Shown here piece after piece: positions 21,101 through 30,424 of a DNA stretch of 64,000 nt (positions are counted from its first letter, which is position 1; every line of letters starts with the position of its first letter). A program made the position numbers and the translations under genes. Under the pieces are notes generated by a model. The model saw only the letters and a program-made list of their open reading frames with translations, did no database searches and was not told where the DNA came from. This stretch comes from Spirochaetia bacterium (lineage in GTDB: Bacteria > Spirochaetota > Spirochaetia > WTKD01 > G963693115), in assembly GCA_965226055.1 (NCBI GenBank), contig CBDDCA010000006.1, positions 800,001 through 864,000 of the forward strand, in the 5' to 3' direction.

Positions 21101-23194
21101 GTAACAGAAATAAAAGAAGTGTATACTTCCAAAGCAGTAGCACCCAGCCAGTCATTACTCACAGGAAAGCTGGTAGTATCACAGTCAACAAATACTACAG
21201 GCACAATAAAGCTAGTACTTACCGAGCTAAGCACATTTACAGGAGCGAAAGACTACGATGGCACAAGCATAACAGCAAGCAATCAGCTAGCATACACAGT
21301 GTATGGCTTACAGAAAGACACTGACCCTACAGTAGCAGAAGTACTTGCAGGCAGAAAGATAAACCTAGGCAGTGCAAGTAGCGGAGTGTACACAGTACAG
21401 TCCCTTAGCAGTTTAGGCTTATCATCAGACACAGCACCAGTAGTAGCAATAAAAGGAGCAACAAAGTATTACTTTGTGGTAGAAGTAGCAGTAAAAACAG
21501 ACCCAAGCAAGAAAATAGCATCTTCAACAGTGGCAAGCGTAACAACCGCATCGCAGGCGACTGCCCCCGCAGAAGTAAGCAACATACAAGTAGGGGGAGT
21601 AACAGGAGGAAGCGCAAGGCTATCGTGGACAGCCCCCAGCCTCAGTGCAAGCCACAAAACAAATAAAGGAGCTACCCTAACAGCCGCACAAGTATCGTAC
21701 AAAGTATACAAAGTAGCCAAAAGTGGCAGTACAACGAGGACAGTAGCACAAATAAAAACAGCAGCAGGAAGTTCCACAACAGTAGCAGCAGGCACAACCA
21801 ACAGCACTCTGACAGGATTGACAGTAGGCACAACTTACGAAATAGTAGTGCAAGCAGTAAACAGCACCGATACCAACAAAGAAGCAACAGGACTACGCAA
21901 GGAGTTTGAAGCAAAAGAAGCCTATGCCGCACCAGGAAAGCCCACCATACAAGCAAATGCACAAGGGGTAACCATAGTACTTACCATAACAGCCCCAACC
22001 GTAAAAGGAACAACAGCAGACGGAACTGATTTAAGAGATAATCAAATAGATTACATAGTATACTATGCAGCCTCAACAAAAGACATAGATGGAGCAACAG
22101 TAAAAACACAGGCAAAAGCAGCAAGCGATGCACAAGAAGGAGCAGAAAAAGACGATGTGCCAACAGGAGCAACAAGCTATACAATACGCAATCTACGATT
22201 GAATACAAAGTACTATATCACCGCAGTAGCAGTAAACAGCCTCAAAAAGACAAAGGTATCAGCAGAAGCAACAGCAGTATCTGCAAGTACGCCAGCAGTA
22301 GCGATAGGAAACGCCACAAAGGTATCAGCAACAGTAGGCACAGCACTCGCACAAAATACAACGAGAGTACTTACCAGTATCAGTCCTAGTGGACTTACCT
22401 TTACCTGTGATGAAAGCACAATAGATAACGATAACAGCACACTCAAAGAAGAAACAGGCCTAACAGTAACATTTGCAAAAAATACCAATACAGTAACAAT
22501 AACAGGTACAGCAAATAAATCAAACATACATGATACTGCTATAACTGAGTATAACTATGGAGTAGTGGAATGTACCATTACTTCTGCGGGAGCATACTCG
22601 GGACAAAAGGCACTTGCGACTATCAATGTAGAGACAGGGCTGGTGAAACTAGCAGGACAGTCAGCTACCTATTACAGACCAACAACAAAATCAGCACTAC
22701 AAACTATTATCAGTGAAGAAAAGACAAGGCAAGGTTCAGGAGGAAACAGTAACCCTAGTCCCAATCTCAACATGATAGACACCAGTGCTATTACTGATAT
22801 GAGTAGTTTATTTAGTAAAGATAGAACTTTTAATGGAGACATAACACGGTGGAATACCAGTAATGTAACGAATATGTTTGATATGTTTTTGCGAGCAGTT
22901 GTATTTAATCAAGGTATAGGAGATTGGGATGTGAGTGAGGTTACTAATATGAGTAATATGTTTGCTGGAGCTGAAAAGTTTAATCAAAATATAACTGGAT
23001 GGGATGTTGGAAAGGTTACTAGTGCATCAACTATGTTTACCGTTGCTTCTGCATTTAATCAAGATTTATCATCGTGGAAAATGTGTAGTTTCAAACCACC
23101 TGCTGGTGGTAACGGTATTTTTTTAGGTACACTTATAAACGGAGTTTTAAAAAAATATCCAAAATTTAAGGGATCTCCACAGTGTAGCTCATAA
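18155..23194 (+). CDS. Large surface lipoprotein with fibronectin type III-like repeats and C-terminal DUF285/BspA-type repeats
   Basis: LVGC lipobox, S/G linker, repeated W.AP...Y.V...L...T.Y.I.V.A FN3 pattern, C-terminal FNxDIxxWDVSxVTNMxxMF repeats; AGGAG RBS. Confidence 0.85.
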   Translation: MKKSNEKLNHQLNGKLNIFIVVALFLVLAMTTLVLVGCAESSSSSSGGGGKQVTPTLASVSNVQIQAAGNDGTLSLRWEAPSDATHVVVKATSTTPAQSIEVRVPAIEYRTLFQQNRPYVLRGLHATTDYTVEIEAQKSNSGSDTEVSPKTTRSVTTLTDTTKPQDTFNKVAVESATNGIKITWDKALLSSGKTDIAEAIVQVIESTTNVKKEVTVQDVTQGEVTIAVPTIDGIAYDVTVVYKDSNGNESTAKQALRGIVPSALSQTVTPLSASDLTVTANDKSNSPADESLLITWGNFTFTDKNLQVRVIATATNTLIAYETVSNSSTAKLSSASADNQEYATVYVAKDGIALTKLYGTLTYKVEVYVSKNGKYSTAVSKEQATTDKSTEPVSNVSAVGGADSIVVGWQAPDVRDYAGVTITVTEKDSTTTTAKTVTITERTLRNTQITDLKATTEYSIAVQSQDSTGNKGTKITATTTTVDDGTAPDAVTSIQASYPFVSPTKIGTQITWTAPDTTKAKNKDIKEYSISIAEKGTSTTVLSEKKIPYPTTSLSVEELVQGKTYTITIQAIDYSGNKSTQATKDITTPQPTAPSEDLFQNKPSLDTTGAVQIKATFKQAPGIGRYYTLRMYDGATLVAEKSITGSVTAITFGIADGVEVPKVQANAKNYRFTFLTIANNIVSPVTTLADTVAVYDSTSTAPPAPKDAKLSVESVTQVTATAVYTFSAGDITDTNKAPSGSKLTQAQIQYKVYIAEGDHSTKTLEAIKGLAGVQTQNIAGDSTLQVRFIGTKGADYTAGVEAINSLNPSYSTGASVTIKKATLTAPPSTPKVTTYTNSNAVVFAVPTTGSNRGKKVITVQVNASDIAGVSKANGNALEATDLAYYVLYLKKEDTTGKPASVSALWATEKSSVKVAKYTKATGTTQDTISIAIVDSTSGSNAGATPIETAKDYYIGVRIVNTTSPNYDASNSSKLFPAGFYTDVTEIKEVYTSKAVAPSQSLLTGKLVVSQSTNTTGTIKLVLTELSTFTGAKDYDGTSITASNQLAYTVYGLQKDTDPTVAEVLAGRKINLGSASSGVYTVQSLSSLGLSSDTAPVVAIKGATKYYFVVEVAVKTDPSKKIASSTVASVTTASQATAPAEVSNIQVGGVTGGSARLSWTAPSLSASHKTNKGATLTAAQVSYKVYKVAKSGSTTRTVAQIKTAAGSSTTVAAGTTNSTLTGLTVGTTYEIVVQAVNSTDTNKEATGLRKEFEAKEAYAAPGKPTIQANAQGVTIVLTITAPTVKGTTADGTDLRDNQIDYIVYYAASTKDIDGATVKTQAKAASDAQEGAEKDDVPTGATSYTIRNLRLNTKYYITAVAVNSLKKTKVSAEATAVSASTPAVAIGNATKVSATVGTALAQNTTRVLTSISPSGLTFTCDESTIDNDNSTLKEETGLTVTFAKNTNTVTITGTANKSNIHDTAITEYNYGVVECTITSAGAYSGQKALATINVETGLVKLAGQSATYYRPTTKSALQTIISEEKTRQGSGGNSNPSPNLNMIDTSAITDMSSLFSKDRTFNGDITRWNTSNVTNMFDMFLRAVVFNQGIGDWDVSEVTNMSNMFAGAEKFNQNITGWDVGKVTSASTMFTVASAFNQDLSSWKMCSFKPPAGGNGIFLGTLINGVLKKYPKFKGSPQCSS

Positions 23195-23215
23195 TAGGAG
23201 CATAAGAAATACAAC

Positions 23216-23251
23216 CTATAGCAAGAAAGGAATACTCCTTTCTTGCTATAG
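23216..23251. terminator. Hairpin terminator after the surface lipoprotein gene
   Basis: Perfect 16-bp stem CTATAGCAAGAAAGGA/TCCTTTCTTGCTATAG with a 4-nt loop. Confidence 0.75.
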
Positions 23252-23398
23252 AAAGCACTATATTATCATGAAAGTATCTCTTTTGCAGTATACTGATTTT
23301 ATTACAAAGTACACATGAGATAGTAAAAATCCAATTCCCAACCTAGCATTATTAGACAATTATCCAAATATAGAATATAATAAAATAAATAGCTTATT

Positions 23399-24694
23399 AT
23401 GTTTGATTATGCAACACTCAGATACTCTGCTCGTTCTATATTGGAATCAAATGATAGAGGAGGGTACACAGTTCCAAATAAAGATGTATATCCTTTCCAA
23501 TGGAACTGGGATTCTGTTTTTGTTGCTTTAGGATGGTTACGTATTGATGAAAAACGTGCATGGCAAGAAATTGAAACACTGTGCAAGGGGCAGTGGAAAA
23601 ATGGTATGATACCCAGTATTGTTTTTCATGAAAAATCTTCTCATTACTTTCCTGGTCCAGATGTGTGGCAGTGTAGTTCTGTTATGGGGGTTGCCACTAC
23701 TGGTATTACCCAAATTCCTGCTGTAATACCCCTCACTATTCTTATGTATCACCTTGCTAATGATAGAGAGTTAGCAGAGTCTCATATGACCAGTTTGTTT
23801 TCAAAGCTCTATGATTACCAAGCATGGTGCTATACTTACAGGAGAGATCCCATTACAAAATTGTGTAAGATATATCATGGCTGGGAAGCATTTGATAACA
23901 GTCCTATGTGGGATGAAGCACTAAAAAGAGTAAGTCCTACTCAACATGTATTTGAACGAAAAGATAACAATGTTGTTCCTAAAGAACAAAGGCCAACACA
24001 ATGGGATTACGAACGATATATTTCTATCCTTGAGCGTATGCGTAGTGTTGATTATGATTCTCGTAAGTATGACTCTATTTGTGAGATGAGTATTATAGAC
24101 GCAGGGTTTAATGCAATAGTACAAACAGGAAATACAGCATTACTCTCTCTAGTGGATAGCTATGGAAACAACACACAAAGGCAACAGCTACAACAATGGG
24201 CATTTGAAACACAGCAAGCATTTGATTTTTTGTGGGATGATGATATGGCACGATATGTAGATTATGATTGTATAACAAAAACACACATTAAAGAAGAAAT
24301 ATCAGGATCAATGCTCCCTTTACTTGCTCGGATAACAGGAAAAAATAAACAGAAATACAAACAGACAGTACAACAATGGATAGAACAAGATATGCCTTCT
24401 CTTTCTATACACAGTGCAAAATTTGAGCCAATAAGATATTGGAGAGGGCCTAGTTGGACTATTGTTAATTTTATGATATTTTGTGCTTGCAAGTTACAAA
24501 GCTGGGAAACAGAAGCAGAAGAAATAAAAAAGCGCTCTCTTGAACAGATAGCAATAGGAGATTTCTATGAGAATTTTGAACCAACTACCCGAAAAGGATA
24601 TGGAGGAAGCTGTTTTTCTTGGACTGCAGCAAGTTTCTTATTTTGGTTAGACACAGAAGCGTATGATTTTAATATATGTAAACAAATTTTTTAA
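23399..24694 (+). CDS. GH63-like glycoside hydrolase (mannosylglycerate/glucosylglycerate hydrolase-like)
   Basis: YPFQWNWDS, NGMIP, HGWE.FDNSPMWD, YWRGPSW, FYENF, FSWTAA. Confidence 0.85.
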   Translation: MFDYATLRYSARSILESNDRGGYTVPNKDVYPFQWNWDSVFVALGWLRIDEKRAWQEIETLCKGQWKNGMIPSIVFHEKSSHYFPGPDVWQCSSVMGVATTGITQIPAVIPLTILMYHLANDRELAESHMTSLFSKLYDYQAWCYTYRRDPITKLCKIYHGWEAFDNSPMWDEALKRVSPTQHVFERKDNNVVPKEQRPTQWDYERYISILERMRSVDYDSRKYDSICEMSIIDAGFNAIVQTGNTALLSLVDSYGNNTQRQQLQQWAFETQQAFDFLWDDDMARYVDYDCITKTHIKEEISGSMLPLLARITGKNKQKYKQTVQQWIEQDMPSLSIHSAKFEPIRYWRGPSWTIVNFMIFCACKLQSWETEAEEIKKRSLEQIAIGDFYENFEPTTRKGYGGSCFSWTAASFLFWLDTEAYDFNICKQIF

Positions 24695-24703
24695 GGAGGT
24701 ATT

Positions 24704-26092
24704 ATGAAAAAGAATACTATTTTTTCATTACTTATGTATATTGCTGTTTCGACAGTATGTATTTTATTTCTTACTGGTGCGGGAGGAAATGAAAACGGAA
24801 GTTCTGGCAAAACTGTAATAACATTTTGGACAGATCAAACTCAAACTGAACGTATGACACAAACACGGTTACTTATGGATACCTTTGAGGCACTTAATCC
24901 CGAATACAAGGTTGAGTTAGTAGCGGTGGATGTAAATGATGTTACAACACAAATAAGCACTGCGGCAAGTTCTAATACTTTGCCTAATATTATCACCACT
25001 TCTACACAATTTTTACTTTCCATTGATGAAGAAGGGTTAATAGATACTCAGGCTACTCAAGCGGTTTTTGATATTATTGGGAAAGACGATTTTTTTGCTG
25101 GTGCAAGAAATATAAGCAAAAGTATTAAAAATGATGGAGACTTTATGGTCCCTCATCATTTTTTTGTGCAAGGAATATGGTATCGAAAAGACTGGTTTGA
25201 TGAAGCAGGACTTTCAGCACCTAATACAAAAGATGCCTTGCTTACGGCAGCAAAATATTTTTATCAGCCTGACAAAAATCAGTATGGACTCTTGATAGGC
25301 ACAAAAGCACAAGAACAGTATAACGAGCAGAATCTATTACAGATTGCCACTGCCCATAATGCGTATCTTTTTAATAAAGATGGTTCTCTTGCTATTGATT
25401 CTCCTGAAATGATAGAAGCCGTAGAATATTATAAAGAGTTATCACAATATACGCCTCCTGGTCCACAAACATGGCGTTCACGCGATTACTACCTGCAAGG
25501 AAAACTTGCAATGTTCTTCTATTCTTCTTTTATTATGGATGATCTTGCATTACAAGAAATAGCAACAAATTCTCTTACTGCAGAAAATTTTGCAGAATTA
25601 GAAGGAGCAGAGTTTGACAAAAATCTTGTGGTGAACACTGGGTTTGTGCCTTCTTTTAAGTGGGATGAAGAATCAAGCTATGCAGAAATTGGAGGGCTTT
25701 CTATTTTGAAAAATGATAATAAAGCGGCTGTTGAAGGAGCTAAAAAAGTAATACAATTTCTTTTTGAAAAAGACTCTTACATTGCGTATGTGCATATGGT
25801 TCCTGGAGGCATGCTTCCTACGCTTAAATCTATCTCTCAAGATAGCGATTTCTTTGATGATCCAAAAGGAGTATATGCTCGTTATGGGAAAGAAAAAATA
25901 CAAGATCTTATTGCAGGCATAAACTACCCAAAGTCGTTTCTTATACGAGATGGTGTGGTATATCCTCAAGCAGCAGTAGTAGCATCTAAATTGATTATCC
26001 CCGATATGCTTTACGAAGTTACAGAAGAAAATGTTCCTGTACAACAAGCTATTGCAGACGCAAAGAAAAAAATAGAAGCAACATTAGAGTAA
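24704..26092 (+). CDS. Sugar ABC transporter substrate-binding protein
   Basis: Signal peptide, ITFW, WYRKDWF, GKLAM; lies between the GH63 gene and the permeases. Confidence 0.88.
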   Translation: MKKNTIFSLLMYIAVSTVCILFLTGAGGNENGSSGKTVITFWTDQTQTERMTQTRLLMDTFEALNPEYKVELVAVDVNDVTTQISTAASSNTLPNIITTSTQFLLSIDEEGLIDTQATQAVFDIIGKDDFFAGARNISKSIKNDGDFMVPHHFFVQGIWYRKDWFDEAGLSAPNTKDALLTAAKYFYQPDKNQYGLLIGTKAQEQYNEQNLLQIATAHNAYLFNKDGSLAIDSPEMIEAVEYYKELSQYTPPGPQTWRSRDYYLQGKLAMFFYSSFIMDDLALQEIATNSLTAENFAELEGAEFDKNLVVNTGFVPSFKWDEESSYAEIGGLSILKNDNKAAVEGAKKVIQFLFEKDSYIAYVHMVPGGMLPTLKSISQDSDFFDDPKGVYARYGKEKIQDLIAGINYPKSFLIRDGVVYPQAAVVASKLIIPDMLYEVTEENVPVQQAIADAKKKIEATLE

Positions 26093-26106
26093 GTACTCAA
26101 TTACGG

Positions 26107-26988
26107 ATGGTAGGAATGAGAGCCTTAAATATTCAAGAAAAAAGAGAACAAGCTATTGCGTATCGCCTTCTTATTCCTACCCTTCTTATAATAGGGGGGT
26201 TGGTATTCTATCCTCTTATTTTTAATATTTTTCTGAGTTTTTTTAAGGTTAGTCTCTCAGGGAAAAGAGAATTTATAGGAATTCAAAACTATATTACTCT
26301 CTTTCAAAATAAAGATTTTTATGCTGCACTGTTTCTTACATTTCAATTTCTTTTCTTTACGGTAGTAGGCACCACTTTAGTCGGACTTGTAGTAGCATTA
26401 GTTCTTAACATTGACTTTCGCGGTAATGCATTACTACAAACGATTATTTTGCTTCCTTACTTTGCTCCAGTAATATCTGTTATTTTTGGTTGGCAGTTTA
26501 TTTTTGATCCAGTGAATGGCATATATAATCACGTAATGGTTGAAGTACTTAAACTTACAAATGAAAGAAAGAATATACTTGGTGATCCTAGTACTTCAAT
26601 GATCGTTGTGGTGATCTTTAATATATGGAAATATTACCCTATTTCTTATCTTATGATACTAGCAAAGCTCAAAAGCGTAGATAAAAATCTATACGAAGCA
26701 GCAGATATAGATGGAGCAAATAATGTTCAGAAATTTTTTGCAGTAACACTTCCCGAGCTACAGTTTACTTTGGGTACTGTTATGCTTCTTCGCTTAGTAT
26801 GGAACTTAAACAGGTTTGAAGATGTGTATTTAATTTCACCAAATACCAATATACTTTCTATATTTACCTATAAACAAGCCTTTGCAGGAATTCCTGATCA
26901 AGGACTTGCTGCTACTATATCACTTGTACAGCTTGTTATTGTTGGTATTCTTATATGGACATATGTAAAACATATATTAAAATGGTAA
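26107..26988 (+). CDS. Sugar ABC transporter permease
   Basis: Multiple TM segments, FIGIQNY, LYEAADIDGA EAA loop. Confidence 0.92.
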   Translation: MVGMRALNIQEKREQAIAYRLLIPTLLIIGGLVFYPLIFNIFLSFFKVSLSGKREFIGIQNYITLFQNKDFYAALFLTFQFLFFTVVGTTLVGLVVALVLNIDFRGNALLQTIILLPYFAPVISVIFGWQFIFDPVNGIYNHVMVEVLKLTNERKNILGDPSTSMIVVVIFNIWKYYPISYLMILAKLKSVDKNLYEAADIDGANNVQKFFAVTLPELQFTLGTVMLLRLVWNLNRFEDVYLISPNTNILSIFTYKQAFAGIPDQGLAATISLVQLVIVGILIWTYVKHILKW

Positions 26989-27007
26989 TAGGAAAAAGAG
27001 GAGTATT

Positions 27008-27970
27008 ATGAAAAAAAGATCAGCAACACAGAATATACTATTATTTTTCTTTTGTATGTTTCTTATATTTTTTGCTTGTTTTCCTTTTTTGCAAATTGTT
27101 TCTGTTTCTTTTAAGACTCCATTAGAGTGGGGAAATCCAAATCTCATTCCTCGAGTTATAAGTGTAGATGCATATAAAGAGTTATTAGGACTTTCAAAAA
27201 CTATTGCAGAAATTGAAAGTTTACCTCCTAATGTACAAAAAATACTTAACAATCCTAAGCTAAGCAATGAACAGCGTCAGGCAATTATTGATAAATATAA
27301 TAAAGGGAGTGGTTTTCCTTTTCTAAAATTTATGTTTAACTCTTTTGCTCTCGCTATGCTTGCGTCATGTATTTCTCTCATAGTAAGTATTCTTGGTTCT
27401 TATGCTATCAGTAGGTTGCGTTTTAGAGGAAAAGCACTTATGCAAAGAAGTGTACTGTTTGTGTATCTGCTTGGGGGTATAGTCATAATGGTGCCTCTCT
27501 ATCAGATGGCAAATGGACTTTCTCTTACTAGTACAAACTGGGGACTCATTACTTCTTTATTGCTTATTTATGTACTACAAACATTACCTCTTGCTTTGTA
27601 TATGCTAGGAAATTATATAAGAGGGTTGCCTGTCTCCCTTGATGAAGCAGCAAAAATAGATGGGTGTGGGCATATGAGAATTATTTTTAATATCATTGTT
27701 CCTCTTTCTCGCCCTATTATTGCAACAGTATTTATTTATTGTTTTATTATTGCATGGAATGAATATTTGTATGCATCAGTATTCTTAAAAGCAAATCCCG
27801 AATTATACACTATCCCTATAGGAATTCAGACTCTCTTTGTTTCTAAAAATGCAATATGGGCAAGAATAATGGCAGCTTCCACACTTACTCTTACTCCAAT
27901 ACTGCTATTCTTTATTATTTTAGTACGCAATGTTCGTTCTGGTATGGTTGCAGGTGGCGTAAAAGAATAA
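27008..27970 (+). CDS. Sugar ABC transporter permease
   Basis: LDEAAKIDG EAA loop, AWNEYLYA, GGVKE end. Confidence 0.92.
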   Translation: MKKRSATQNILLFFFCMFLIFFACFPFLQIVSVSFKTPLEWGNPNLIPRVISVDAYKELLGLSKTIAEIESLPPNVQKILNNPKLSNEQRQAIIDKYNKGSGFPFLKFMFNSFALAMLASCISLIVSILGSYAISRLRFRGKALMQRSVLFVYLLGGIVIMVPLYQMANGLSLTSTNWGLITSLLLIYVLQTLPLALYMLGNYIRGLPVSLDEAAKIDGCGHMRIIFNIIVPLSRPIIATVFIYCFIIAWNEYLYASVFLKANPELYTIPIGIQTLFVSKNAIWARIMAASTLTLTPILLFFIILVRNVRSGMVAGGVKE

Positions 27971-28156
27971 GGTATTGTAAGGACAGCTTTTTGTAGCAAG
28001 GCGTGCTTTTTCATATAAAAATTCTTTGTCACTCATAATAATATGTTTCATATATCATTATAAAGTGATATTCTCAGATTTTCATTACAAATGCTTTGGT
28101 TGCACCATATGGAAATTCAAATTAAATCGGAAATATGAGAAAAATTAACTTTTTTT

Positions 28157-28186
28157 TTGACTTTAAATAATAAAGTATACTATAAT
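28157..28186 (+). promoter_or_regulatory. Sigma70-type promoter of the liv operon
   Basis: TTGACT-N18-TATAAT, then GGAGG RBS before ATG 28216. Confidence 0.55.
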
Positions 28187-28215
28187 AAAACTAAATTATT
28201 TACTATGGAGGTAGT

Positions 28216-29340
28216 ATGAAACGACTTATAATATCTATACTAACAGTAGGAGTGGCTTTATTTACACTGCTGAGTGCAGGAGAGGGAGAGTCAACCATTA
28301 AGATAGGGGTAGCAGGTCCTCATTCTGGAGATCTTGCGCCATATGGTTTTTCAACATTAAATGAAGTGCAACGATTAGCAGAAATGATCAATGCTGATGG
28401 TGGAATAAATGGAAAGATGATTGATGTTATTCCCGCAGATGATATTTGTGATCCTGGACAAGCAGCAAATCTTGCAAGTAAACTTGTAGATGATGGCGTA
28501 ATAGCAGTGATTGGCCATGTATGTTCAGGAGCAACAGAAAGTGCTCTTCCAACATATGTGAATGCAAATATTCCTGTTATCTCTCCGTCAGCGACAAATC
28601 CAACACTTACAAAGAGTGGCAAATATCCTGTGTTTTTTCGTACTATTGCACCAGATGATGCACAAGGGATAACGCAGGCTGATTTTCTTGTAAATGCCTT
28701 AGGAATATCTTCTGTTGCAGTGATACATGATAATCAAGATTATGGAAAAGGGCTTGCTGATAGTGCAAATGCATCCTTAGAAAGTAAAGGAGTGTCTGTG
28801 CCTGTATATGAGGGTATTACAGTTGGTGCAGGAGATTATTCTGCGGTAATATCTAAAATTGTAAGTGCTAATGTAGACGCAGTTGTATTTGGTGGATACC
28901 ACTCTGAAGGCTCTAAACTCATTAGTCAGCTCCGTGATAGAGGTTTTGAAGGAGTGTTTATTTCTGGAGACGGATTGTACAGTATGGATTTTATCAAGTT
29001 AGCAGCAGATGCTTCTGAAGGAGTATATACTACTGGGCCACAGGATGTAAGCGAATCTGATGCATATACGCAAGCAGTGAAAGCATATAAAGAAAAGTAT
29101 GGGGAAGATCCTGGTGCTTTTTTTAATGAAGGGCATTCTGCGTTTCAAGTGATATATCAAGCAATTATGAGTCTTGGTGATAAAGAAATAACTTCTGAAT
29201 CAGTACTTGAAGCTATTCGAACAGGAAGTTTTGATACACTTGTTGGCACTATCTCTTTTGATGCACGCGGTGATGCAGATGGAGTAGGCTTTAATGTATA
29301 TCAAGTCAGAAACGGAGAGTTTACTTCAGTTTCACAATAA
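28216..29340 (+). CDS. livK: Branched-chain amino acid ABC transporter substrate-binding protein (LivJ/LivK family)
   Basis: IKIGVAGPHSG, INADGGING, VIGHVCSG, SATNP, FRTIAPDD.QG. Confidence 0.9.
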   Translation: MKRLIISILTVGVALFTLLSAGEGESTIKIGVAGPHSGDLAPYGFSTLNEVQRLAEMINADGGINGKMIDVIPADDICDPGQAANLASKLVDDGVIAVIGHVCSGATESALPTYVNANIPVISPSATNPTLTKSGKYPVFFRTIAPDDAQGITQADFLVNALGISSVAVIHDNQDYGKGLADSANASLESKGVSVPVYEGITVGAGDYSAVISKIVSANVDAVVFGGYHSEGSKLISQLRDRGFEGVFISGDGLYSMDFIKLAADASEGVYTTGPQDVSESDAYTQAVKAYKEKYGEDPGAFFNEGHSAFQVIYQAIMSLGDKEITSESVLEAIRTGSFDTLVGTISFDARGDADGVGFNVYQVRNGEFTSVSQ

Positions 29341-29506
29341 TTGGTTCATACGATATAGCAGGATGGTCATAGCTACTTGTATAAGTCTTATATAATGTTT
29401 TTATAAGTATAGTTTGGTTATTCCAACATCAAATAAGTGGTGTATATGGTATATCGAAAAGTGTGAATGAACTGAATGGTAGTGATACTGCAAAGCACGC
29501 GTAATT

Positions 29507-30412
29507 ATGCAATATTTTATTTCTATTGTTTTTAGTGCCTTAACGAGAGGGAGTATGTATGCTCTTCTTGCGTTGGGGTACTCTATGATTTATGGTATTA
29601 TACAGCTCATTAATTTTGCTCATGGTGAGCTGTATATGATTGGTGCTTTTTCGGCTTTGATTGCAACTGTTGTGTTGACTTCTTTAGGCATGGGAGGTTT
29701 AGCACTGTTAGTATCTGTAATCATATATGGTGCAATTACGTCTATGCTCTATGCCTATACGCTTGAACGTATTGCGTATCGTCCCTTACGTAAAAGCTCT
29801 GTGCGTCTTTCATTGCTTATCAGTGCAGTGGGTATGTCAACATTTTTACAGAATTTTGTATTACTTACACAGACTGCTAATTTTTTGCCATTTCCAAAGA
29901 TATTACCCGAAAGCTGGAGTGTTCTTTCTGTAAAAGGGTATTTTAATCAAGCACAGGCAGTAATTTTAATTGTGTCTGTTGTTGTTATGGTTGTTTTAAT
30001 GTTGACTGTACGCTTTACATTGCTTGGTAAATCTATGCGTGCAGCCTCACAGGATATTGTTATGGCACAGCTGTTAGGGATAAATGTAAACAAAGTGATA
30101 GTTATTACCTTTCTTATCGGTGGAGGGATTGCAGCAGTTGGTGGAGTGCTTATAGGACAATATGTAGGACAAATTCAGTTTTATATGGGATTTCTTGTTG
30201 GAATTAAAGCGTTTGTTGCTGCAGTATTAGGAGGCATAGGGAGTATTCCCGGTGCATTGCTAGGAAGTTATATGCTTGGCTTTGTTGAAAGTATGGGAGC
30301 AGGATATTTATCAAGCTCGTATGAAGATGTATATGCCTTTTTGTTTTTAGTAATATTTTTAATATTTAAGCCAAATGGTATACTAGGAAAATCTACAAAA
30401 GAAAAAGTATAG
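29507..30412 (+). CDS. livH: BCAA ABC transporter permease
   Basis: YALLALGYSMIYG, INFAHGE, AAVLGGIG, KPNGILG. Confidence 0.93.
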   Translation: MQYFISIVFSALTRGSMYALLALGYSMIYGIIQLINFAHGELYMIGAFSALIATVVLTSLGMGGLALLVSVIIYGAITSMLYAYTLERIAYRPLRKSSVRLSLLISAVGMSTFLQNFVLLTQTANFLPFPKILPESWSVLSVKGYFNQAQAVILIVSVVVMVVLMLTVRFTLLGKSMRAASQDIVMAQLLGINVNKVIVITFLIGGGIAAVGGVLIGQYVGQIQFYMGFLVGIKAFVAAVLGGIGSIPGALLGSYMLGFVESMGAGYLSSSYEDVYAFLFLVIFLIFKPNGILGKSTKEKV

Positions 30413-30424
30413 CGAGAGATTACA

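Noticed and set aside
18646-22527. Many antisense and alternate-frame ORFs inside the FN3 lipoprotein gene
   Set aside because: Explained by the strong codon bias of the sense gene, which depletes stops in other frames; products are low-complexity
28040-28150. Imperfect inverted repeats upstream of livK as an operator or riboswitch
   Set aside because: Weak AT-rich matches with no recognisable T-box or riboswitch motif
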